Shown in pieces: positions 1-6,618 of a stretch of DNA of 10,701 nucleotides (its first letter is position 1; each line of letters starts with the position of its first letter). Both the position numbers and the translations under genes were made by a program. The notes under the pieces were generated by a model. The model was given only the letters and a program-made list of their open reading frames with translations, made no database searches and was not told the DNA's origin. Origin of the DNA: a bacterium (GTDB taxonomy: Bacteria; Electryoneota; Electryoneia; Electryoneales; Electryoneaceae); contig JAZDLX010000224.1 in assembly GCA_043801585.1 (NCBI GenBank), forward strand, positions 1 through 10,701. Reading direction: 5' to 3'.

Positions 1-247
1 GGGCATCGAAAAGATCATCCAGTACCCGTTCAATGCCGCCGAACAGGCGATGTTCAGCGCATCGGTCAAGGCGACAAAGGGGCTGCTGAGAGCCGTCGAA
101 AAGTATATCGTCAAGGTGAAAGCCGAAGCGCGCAAGACCTCCGCCGCGATGAAAAGTACCAAGAAGACTGCTTCGAAGAAGACGGCGAAAAAGTCTGTGA
201 AGAAAACGGCCAAGAAAGTGGCGAGGAAACTCGCGAAGAAGAATTAA
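1..247 (+). CDS. mdh: 3' end of probable malate dehydrogenase (LDH/MDH superfamily, LDH-like), 5'-truncated by the window edge, with a Lys/Ala-rich C-terminal extension
   Basis: The frame is open from base 2: GIEKIIQYPFNAAEQAMFSASVKATKGLLRAVEKY... This matches the typical LDH-like MDH C-terminus (G[VI]EKI[IV]E[LV]xLxxxExxxFxxSVxxVxxL). It continues into KKTASKKTAKKSVKKTAKKVARKLAKKN and stops at TAA 245-247. Only the C-terminus is visible, so LDH cannot be excluded. Confidence 0.7.
   Translation, partial: GIEKIIQYPFNAAEQAMFSASVKATKGLLRAVEKYIVKVKAEARKTSAAMKSTKKTASKKTAKKSVKKTAKKVARKLAKKN
176..244 (+). repeat. Coding 12-nt degenerate tandem repeat (KKxA/KKxV tetrapeptide), histone-H1-like tail
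   Basis: aagaagacggcg/aaaaagtctgtg/aagaaaacggcc/aagaaagtggcg/aggaaactcgcg/aagaagaat encodes KKTA KKSV KKTA KKVA RKLA KKN. Confidence 0.85.
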
Positions 248-256
248 ATTGTCTGT

Positions 257-658
257 GTGGCCCGGGACTTTTGTCCCGGTGGGTGGCCCGACTTCGCTGG
301 AAGTCGGGTTTCATAGTTGTTCGACTTGTGGCCCGGTCCCGACCTTTCGGGACCGGGTTTTCTCTGTCATCCTGAACGAAGTGAAGGATTTATGAGTTGC
401 CATTGATTTGCTGGCGGCGCAAGCACCGAATCAGCTTTCACCCAAGGGGTGGCCCGGGTGGCCTGTCCACCCGAGTTTCACAATGAATCTTCTCCCAAGT
501 ACCATACTTGTGTCATGACGGGTGGCTCGGTCCCGGTTGGGTGGCCCGGGTTGTGCCGACTTGTCGGCATTACCCGGGTTTCATTCAGAAAGGTGACGTC
601 GGGTGACCCGGCCAGACCTGTCCGCCAGCTGGTGGATTGATGGCCGGGTTTCTACTAT
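257..658 (+). repeat. REP-like palindrome cluster 1 (GTGG-tagged hairpins plus one TGTC-tagged unit)
   Basis: Units: 257-280 GTGG-C-CCGGGAC-TTTT-GTCCCGG; 281-313 GGGTGG-CCCGACTTC-GCTG-GAAGTCGGG-TTTCA; 328-361 GTGG-CCCGGTCCCGA-CCTT-TCGGGACCGGG-TTTT; 365-390 TGTCATCCTGAACGAAGTGAAGGAT; 447-480 GGGTGG-CCCGGGTGG-CCTGT-CCACCCGAG-TTTCA; 520-538 truncated head; 539-584 GGGTGG-CCCGGGTTGTGCCGAC-TT-GTCGGCATTACCCGGG-TTTCAT; 601-658 GGGTGA-CCCGGCCA...TGGCCGGG-TTTCTACTAT. Confidence 0.85.
332..364 (+). terminator. Possible intrinsic terminator for the mdh transcript (a REP hairpin with a U-tract)
   Basis: 11-bp GC-rich stem CCCGGTCCCGA/TCGGGACCGGG followed by TTTTCTC. It lies about 85 nt after the stop codon and is also one of the repeat units. 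Confidence 0.4.
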
Positions 659-674
659 GCCATGCTTCAACCGC

Positions 675-712
675 AAAAGAAAAACCGCCTGCGTCCATAT
701 CGACACAGGCGG
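675..712 (-). terminator. Rho-independent terminator of the small Zn-finger gene
   Basis: Minus strand reads CCGCCTG-TGTC-GATATG-GACG-CAGGCGG-TTTTTCTTTT, about 33 nt after the TGA at 745-747. Confidence 0.85.
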
Positions 713-744
713 CTGCACATCTCGATAGGATGGCGTGTTGCGTG

Positions 745-966
745 TCAGTCCTCCGACTTCGAAGGAGTGCTCGCAAGAACGTCGCGTTCGATGAACATTG
801 GCGGACGTTTCTTTGTCGTATCCAATTCACACCGCCAGCAACGTCCTTCCACGGATCTCCAGGGACTCTGGTTTCCGCAGATCACGCAAGTTCCTGGATT
901 GGAACCCTCAGCCTCGCCCCGGCGTTCATTTGTCCGCCGGTGCGGGAAGGTGGGACGAAGGGCCAT
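745..966 (-). CDS. Small hypothetical protein (73 aa) with CxxC-x12-CxxC putative Zn-finger/ribbon
   Basis: MALRPTFPHRRTNERRGEAEGSNPGTCVICGNQSPWRSVEGRCWRCELDTTKKRPPMFIERDVLASTPSKSED. A perfect AAGGAGG (975-981) lies 8 nt upstream of the ATG at 966, and a terminator follows the stop. This is the internal start of the 745..1218 ORF in the track. Confidence 0.8.
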   Translation of the reverse strand: MALRPTFPHRRTNERRGEAEGSNPGTCVICGNQSPWRSVEGRCWRCELDTTKKRPPMFIERDVLASTPSKSED

Positions 967-974
967 ACCCCTAC

Positions 975-981
975 CCTCCTT
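975..981 (-). promoter_or_regulatory. Shine-Dalgarno site of the 73-aa gene
   Basis: Minus strand: agaAAGGAGGgtaggggtATG. Confidence 0.8.
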
Positions 982-1132
982 TCTGAAACTTTGTATGCTT
1001 ATCCGCCCCGTCGTCATGAACCGGAGCGATCCGTGCTTTCGACCGATGTTTCTACACATCAATGAAGGCGGAAATTTGCATTTTCCTTCAGCGTAGCGCA
1101 ATGGGAAATCTGTCCCCTTTCTCCACGTCTCC

Positions 1133-1148
1133 AGCAAGTGCCGGGCCA
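1133..1148 (-). promoter_or_regulatory. Putative sigma54 (RpoN) -24/-12 promoter
   Basis: Minus strand TGGCCCG-GCAC-TTGCT against consensus TGGCACG-N4-TTGCW: one mismatch, with exact GG-N10-GC spacing. It points toward the 73-aa gene; predicted +1 is near 1122. Confidence 0.6.
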
Positions 1149-1342
1149 ATCCATCTGGCATCTGAGCAGACCTCCGTATCATGCCATGAACAAGAAGCAA
1201 ACCTCTGATATTCAACAAGATACAGACACGGGTGTTCGGAATCGTACAGCCATTTGAAGCGTCTGCATGAGGAAAAAGTACTCAGGAAATCGGCAAATGA
1301 GTCGTGATCGGGGACACAGGTGTGTATGGGATTGGAGCCGTT

Positions 1343-4300
1343 TCAGTTCGATCCCTGTGGGGAAGTTGAGGCCTTGTCACGCTGGAGCGCCCGAAAGTAA
1401 GCGCGAATGATCTCTCGCCAGGCGGGATCCCAGTCGTCCTGCATCGCCCGGGCAAGACGTTGTTCAAGATCGCCGGGGCCGGTGTCGCCCAGCTCCCCGG
1501 GGACGCTGTGCGGAATGTCCTCGGCGGTCTGGCTGACACGTTCACGGGACTTGTCCTGCTGCTGCAATGATCGCTGGCTGTCGAGCAGCCTCTGGAGGAT
1601 GCGCCGTTGCAGGCGGCGGGTGCGCTCGGTGACGTTTCGATCCTCGAGATCTTTCGCTACCTGCTCCATCGCCCCGGCTACTCCCTCGAGGTTGCCAAGA
1701 ATCTCGCGTGCCCCCGCACCCCGTTGCTGTCGTTCCATGCTCCTCATCTGGTCCGTAAGAGCGCGCTGGCGAGCGGCCAACTCTGCGAGCAGATTTGGGC
1801 TTGTTCCGCCGGGCATCGGCATCTCGCTTGACCCGTCGTTGATCTGCTGCTGCATTTTCGCCATGTCCGCGAGACGTTGCATCATCTCATCGTATCCGGT
1901 CCCGCTGGAGGCTTGTTGCGCATCCTGTTGCGAACGGCTCAATGACAGGAGCGCCCGGTGCAGCATCGTCAGTGCACGGTCTTGCTCGCCGGTGACTTCT
2001 CCCGGGTTCCGGTCGGTGTATCGCTGGATCGCGCGGTCCATCGCCTCACGAGAGAGTTCAAGTTGGGCGTCAAGGGTGGAGCTGATGAAAAACGTACGGC
2101 GGCGCAACGTCTCCACATCCGAGCGAAGCAGCTCCACGGCGTCGGAGAGGCTTCGCTGATCGGCGGCCAGGGGACGGTAACGGGGGCTGGCAGTACCGAG
2201 ACTGCGGCTTTGTTCGCGAAGCTCCTCCTGGAGACGGCTGATTGCAAGCATTCCGTCGAAGAGGTGGTTCATCCGCGCCATCACATCCGCCTTGCCCTCC
2301 GCGACCTGCTGCTGCTGCAACTTCCGAAGCTGCCGCGCGGTGCGCTCGAGCTGTTGTGCTGAAGCGGTCGCAGGTTTTGACGCACTCTGCCGGTCTCCCG
2401 CGGCGAGAGCCTGACGGCTTTGTTCCTGCTTTCCGGAAAGGCCGGACTGCTCCATCTCCTGTTGGATGGAGGCAAGCGAGTCGGAGGCGTTCGCACCCAC
2501 GGTCGAACTGTCCGCCGCGGTTTCCTCGATGCGTTTCTGCAGTGCGTCGGACTCCTTCCGGGTCAGCTCCTGTTCGCGAGCCAAACGCAGCACGTCACGG
2601 TTGCTGGCATCCTGCGTCTGTTCGGCAAGATCGCGCTGTCGTTTTGCAAGCGATTCAGCGGCCGTCGCCAGTTCGTCCAGGCGGCGTTCCGCACGCAGCC
2701 GCTGGAGCACTTCAAGACTCCGCTCAAGACCCTCACGCATCGACTCCTGGTTCTTCAGGAGTTTCTCGAGTGCGTCGCGGACACGCTCCCCGTCCACCTG
2801 CTGCAATGCCTCCTGGAGCTGCTTCATCGACTCGCGCATTTCAGGTGTGGCGACTTCGTCGAGCAATTCCTGCACTTGCCGGAATTTGTCGATCAGATCC
2901 TTCGATAGAGTGCCGTGCTGTTCGGCAAGTTGCTGGAGCTGCTGAATCGTTTCCTTTACCTGGTCGAGTTGTTCGATGGTTTTCTGTTGCTGCTCCAACG
3001 ATTGCTGCAACGACTGCGTCTGCTCCCAGGTCAGTTCATCAGGATTGCTGCGGAGCCGTTGAAGGGTTTCACGGAGTTGCTGTTCAAGCTGACGCGCCTT
3101 TTCAGTCGCCCGAACCAGTTCCGATTCAGCCTGCTGCTGCTCGGCGTCCGACCGGGTAAGCAACTGTTCGATGGAGGGAAACAGCAGGCGGCGGGTCTCG
3201 CTCCTCGCACGTTTGGGTCCAAGAGCGGCGTCGTTATCCCACGCCTCCACGAAGTAATGAATCTCGTCCGTCGGCAGCAGGAAGAGGTTGGCCAACGACC
3301 AGCGGGTACGAACCTCAGCACGCCCCTGAGCGGGGGTTGTCGGCTGAAGGAGCGTCTCCTCGTACAACCGTTCGTCATCGGTGGAATCCGGAACCAGCAC
3401 CGCGCTCTGGATTTTCCAGCGCAGGTTCATCCTGGAAATGCCATAGTCGTCCGTCGCGTCCACCGCCAACGGAACCGTCAGGTTCTCCGGAATCAAGACG
3501 TCCGGTTCGGGAAGTAGTAGAAAGACGGATGGCGTGCCATCCTCGATCAAATGAATGTTCCACCTCAGCGGATCATCGCCGGAAGTGCCATCCGATGCCG
3601 TCAGCGAAATCCACCACTCGCCCGGATTGCGCACCTGAAAGGATCCGGAAGCTCGCTCCCCCGAAACGGCCAGATCGGTCGTTCGCGTACCTCCTTTTGT
3701 TCCGCGCACGGTCATCTCGGCGTGCGCGAGGGGACGGCTTGCCTCAAGCCGCATGGAGATCCCGGAGCCGGGAAGTGCGGTGATGTCGCCGACACCCGAG
3801 GGCAGTGTGTTCGGTCCAAGTCCGGTGTAGGCGGGGGGTCGCACAGTGACCGCCAGTCGCGCAATCCTCGGGCGATGAATCACCAGCACATGCGAAGTGT
3901 CGCTGCTGGTCCGCCCGCACCGCGCGGAAACCGTAAGGCTTCTGCGCAGAGAGGCGAGGGTGACGGAAACGTGGCTGCTGTCGACACTGTCCGTTACCGC
4001 CGCCATCGAACGGATCTGCCCGGTGCCGTCGTCGATGCGGAACCGGATCTCCCTCCCGCCGAGGTTCATCTTTCTCGCGGCGACAACGAGTGTGTCACCC
4101 TCGGTAACGCGCACGGTGTCGGGCATCAGCAGTGTCAGACTCGGGGCGTTGGGACTTTCATAGAACACCGAGGGGTGCGCGAGACGGTTCATCGCCGGAA
4201 AGAGGGCGAACCCACAGGCCAACAGGGAGAGGACAACAAGCGCCGAGGTGACGAGTCCGCCACGCAACAGAGTGCCATGTAAAGGAATTGAGCTCCATCG

Positions 4301-4729
4301 CCTCGGATCGAGTGTCTCCGCGAAATGGTCAGTCACCTCGAGGGCGGCATCACGCAACTCTCTGGAGGATCCGGGACGAAGCCGCTTTCGAAGCTGGACT
4401 GCGACCAGTAGACGGTCTCCCACCTCCGGGTCACGGCCGAGGAGCTCTCGCGCAACAGCTTCGGGGGTGTAACGTGACGGAAACCAGAGCGGAGTCAGCG
4501 TTGCCACGAGTGCGGCGAGCAGTGGTCCAGCCGCAAGCACGGAAGCGGCCACAGCCAGAATCAACCGTTCTCCCGGCGCCAGCCAGAAAAGAGCCTCCAC
4601 GGCCGACGCCAGCACGATCACTGCAAGGCTGCCGGGAACGGCGGCGACCCAGGCGGACAACGTCGAACGCAGCCACCGTTTGCGCGCAAGTCGTCGCAGC
4701 AGGTGCTCTGTGGAGGACTGAAATTTCAC
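1343..4729 (-). CDS. DUF4175-like large membrane-anchored protein (N-terminal TM helices, Ig-like beta repeats, long Gln/Glu/Leu coiled-coil C-terminus)
   Basis: 1128-aa ORF with GTG start. It has 3 hydrophobic segments in the first ~180 aa, plus the DRLLVAVQL segment and the motifs VTVRPPAYTGL, ITALPGS, DATDDYGI, YFVEAWDND...GPK...S and the C-terminal RILQRLLDSQRS...YFRAL, all of which I recognise from DUF4175-type proteins. Confidence 0.8.
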   Translation of the reverse strand: MKFQSSTEHLLRRLARKRWLRSTLSAWVAAVPGSLAVIVLASAVEALFWLAPGERLILAVAASVLAAGPLLAALVATLTPLWFPSRYTPEAVARELLGRDPEVGDRLLVAVQLRKRLRPGSSRELRDAALEVTDHFAETLDPRRWSSIPLHGTLLRGGLVTSALVVLSLLACGFALFPAMNRLAHPSVFYESPNAPSLTLLMPDTVRVTEGDTLVVAARKMNLGGREIRFRIDDGTGQIRSMAAVTDSVDSSHVSVTLASLRRSLTVSARCGRTSSDTSHVLVIHRPRIARLAVTVRPPAYTGLGPNTLPSGVGDITALPGSGISMRLEASRPLAHAEMTVRGTKGGTRTTDLAVSGERASGSFQVRNPGEWWISLTASDGTSGDDPLRWNIHLIEDGTPSVFLLLPEPDVLIPENLTVPLAVDATDDYGISRMNLRWKIQSAVLVPDSTDDERLYEETLLQPTTPAQGRAEVRTRWSLANLFLLPTDEIHYFVEAWDNDAALGPKRARSETRRLLFPSIEQLLTRSDAEQQQAESELVRATEKARQLEQQLRETLQRLRSNPDELTWEQTQSLQQSLEQQQKTIEQLDQVKETIQQLQQLAEQHGTLSKDLIDKFRQVQELLDEVATPEMRESMKQLQEALQQVDGERVRDALEKLLKNQESMREGLERSLEVLQRLRAERRLDELATAAESLAKRQRDLAEQTQDASNRDVLRLAREQELTRKESDALQKRIEETAADSSTVGANASDSLASIQQEMEQSGLSGKQEQSRQALAAGDRQSASKPATASAQQLERTARQLRKLQQQQVAEGKADVMARMNHLFDGMLAISRLQEELREQSRSLGTASPRYRPLAADQRSLSDAVELLRSDVETLRRRTFFISSTLDAQLELSREAMDRAIQRYTDRNPGEVTGEQDRALTMLHRALLSLSRSQQDAQQASSGTGYDEMMQRLADMAKMQQQINDGSSEMPMPGGTSPNLLAELAARQRALTDQMRSMERQQRGAGAREILGNLEGVAGAMEQVAKDLEDRNVTERTRRLQRRILQRLLDSQRSLQQQDKSRERVSQTAEDIPHSVPGELGDTGPGDLEQRLARAMQDDWDPAWREIIRAYFRALQRDKASTSPQGSN

Positions 4730-4906
4730 TCGGTATTCACCCTAAAGGATCGGCTCAATACGGACTTCCACCATCGGAAAGGTACAAACGGCGGAGGTTG
4801 ATGAATTTGACTGTCCATCATCCATCGGGCAGGCGGGGAGACGGCGTCTGTAGCCCCGGGAGGCAGAGCAAGCGGTTCGGCGGGATCAAGACTTAACTTT
4901 GCCGCC

Positions 4907-6163
4907 ATGCGTCCTTGGTTTGTACTCCTTCCTGACCCACGGGGGTCGATTCGTACCCGCTTCTTTCTGGCGGTGGCTCTCTCCGGTCCAGTGTGGGCAG
5001 CGGTGCAGTTCGGAGAGGTCGTTGCCCGCAAAGCGCTTTCCGCATCCCCTCTCCAGGTAACGCTGTTGACAATGATCATGCCCCTCGCCAACCTGACGGC
5101 AATCTGGTGGGCGAGAATTTTCGTTGGACGGGATCAACGGCCCTTCATGCTGACCATGGGGTTGCTGGGAAGCGTGGCGATGATCAGCGGCTTGTGGATG
5201 AACACCTTCTCACATCTCTTCCTGGCATTCTTCCTCTATTACCTCGCTTACGCTGTGAGCAACACGGGTCAGAACCGCCTGCTCCAGCAGCACATTAAAA
5301 ATGGAGACCACGGTGGGGTTTTTGGAATTGCCAATGGCATCCGGATGGGTGCGGCGGCGCTGTTTTCGTGGCTGGGGGGCCACTGGATGGACAACGTGGC
5401 GGGAAGCTACCGGTATGTCTACGCGCTGGCGGGAGCGATCACACTTTTCTCCACGGTCATCTATGCGACGATGCCCACCAAAGACGACCCTACGATGGCG
5501 CGCCAGGGACTGAATCGGTCCCTGCTGCTTGGACCTCTCATCGAGGCTTGGCAACTGCTCAAGCGGCGTGGCGATTTTGTCCGTTATCAGGTGGGGTTCA
5601 TGCTGTATGGGATGGCATTCATCGGAATGCTGCCTGTTGTCCCACTGTTCCTCGTTGACGATCTGCAGTTGGACTACACCGCCATCGGGCTGGCAAAGGG
5701 AACCATTTTTCAGATCGTGATGATCCCGTCCATCGCCATTTTTGGAAAACTCTTCGACAGGATGACGCCGTACCGGATGGCGTCGCAGGTGTTCACCGCC
5801 CTGGCGCTCTATCCTTTGCTGCTGATCGCCTCCTGGTACCTTCCACTCCAATGGCGCAACGCCACCGTCATCGCCGCTTTTGCCCTGTTTGGTGCCGCGA
5901 TGGGTGGGGTCAGCGTCCTCTGGTCCATCTCCTCGGTAACCTTCGCAGGTGACGAAGATGCAGGAGTTTACCAGGCCGTGCACATGGCCGCAACAGCCAT
6001 TCGCGGAACCCTCGCGCCCCTGCTTGCCCTCATCGTGATGCAGCTGTTTGGGAAAATCACCGCAATGCTCATGGCGGCGTTTTTCTGGGTCGCTGCCGGG
6101 GTGTACATGGCCCATCTCGACCGCACGGACGGCGCCGCCCTGCAAAGCCGCCGCTCTCTCTGA
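4907..6163 (+). CDS. Major facilitator superfamily (MFS) transporter
   Basis: 418 aa with about 12 hydrophobic segments in two halves, a central hydrophilic loop (PTKDDPTMARQG) and a motif-A-like FGKLFDRMTPYR in the C-half. Substrate not predictable. Confidence 0.88.
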   Translation: MRPWFVLLPDPRGSIRTRFFLAVALSGPVWAAVQFGEVVARKALSASPLQVTLLTMIMPLANLTAIWWARIFVGRDQRPFMLTMGLLGSVAMISGLWMNTFSHLFLAFFLYYLAYAVSNTGQNRLLQQHIKNGDHGGVFGIANGIRMGAAALFSWLGGHWMDNVAGSYRYVYALAGAITLFSTVIYATMPTKDDPTMARQGLNRSLLLGPLIEAWQLLKRRGDFVRYQVGFMLYGMAFIGMLPVVPLFLVDDLQLDYTAIGLAKGTIFQIVMIPSIAIFGKLFDRMTPYRMASQVFTALALYPLLLIASWYLPLQWRNATVIAAFALFGAAMGGVSVLWSISSVTFAGDEDAGVYQAVHMAATAIRGTLAPLLALIVMQLFGKITAMLMAAFFWVAAGVYMAHLDRTDGAALQSRRSL

Positions 6164-6251
6164 AACTGTATTCACGTCAGTTCCATGTCCCCGAACCCTC
6201 TCGATCTTCTGGAACGATTGAGTTGAAGGGATTGACGTATGACCTGATTGT

Positions 6252-6399
6252 GTAGCCCGGGATCACCGTGTCCCGGGATCGTGATAGATGTGCCCCTGTT
6301 TGCTTTGCGAAGCGGGCAAACAGGGTTTATCCTGATTTGTCAGGAAGCAGGCAGGCCGTCAGGGTGGCCCGATCCAGAACAGTCGGGGCCGGGTTTCCA
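6252..6399 (+). repeat. REP-like palindrome cluster 2
   Basis: 6252-6277 GTAG-CCCGGGA...TCCCGGG; 6290-6330 GTGC-CCCTGTTTGC-tttgcgaagcgg-GCAAACAGGG-TTTAT; 6330-6345 TCCTGA-TTTG-TCAGGA; 6362-6399 GGGTGG-CCCG...CGGG-TTTCCA. Confidence 0.8.
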
Positions 6400-6618
6400 T
6401 CCATGATCCCATCCGGGCAACGTCAAGGGAATTTCCATCGACACAGAGGTTTGCGTCGCCCAACCAGACACTTTCTTTTCGTAAACCACAACCATCCTCC
6501 TCCCCGTTGCCCATCATGGACCGCAAAACACTGAAGAATTTCCCTTTTTCTGCCGATATGGATAGAGGGAAACTCTTGTTTGTAGCGAGAGTTGCGAGTA
6601 CAGCAAGGGATATTGAGT

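Noticed and set aside
257..658. CRISPR array
   Set aside because: The units share only short ends, vary in length and spacing, and the variable parts are themselves palindromic. No cas genes are present.
637..1096. Plus-strand ORFs 637..1065, 662..1096 and 798..986
   Set aside because: No RBS or recognisable motifs. They overlap the better-supported minus-strand unit (SD, ORF, terminator).
967..1218. N-terminal extension of the 745..1218 ORF
   Set aside because: It has a TTG start without an SD, it spans the putative sigma54 promoter, and a perfect SD precedes ATG 966.
1210..1222. IHF site ATTCAACAAGATA upstream of the sigma54 promoter
   Set aside because: It has two mismatches to WATCAANNNNTTR and lies farther upstream than usual, so it is too weak to call.
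4849..4885. GTAG-CCCCGGG as another REP unit
   Set aside because: It has no matching right arm or TTT tail and may be a chance match.
1407..4896. Many long plus-strand ORFs (200-305 aa) opposite the 1128-aa gene
   Set aside because: These are antisense shadow ORFs expected in GC-rich coding DNA, with Arg/Ser/Pro-rich, domain-less translations.
5210..6175. 321-aa minus-strand ORF
   Set aside because: Antisense shadow of the MFS gene, with His/Arg-rich composition mirroring hydrophobic codons.
6321..6355. SRP RNA-like AGGAAGCAG motif
   Set aside because: It lacks the CAGG-N-GNRA helix context, and the sequence is explained by the 16-nt cassette hairpin.
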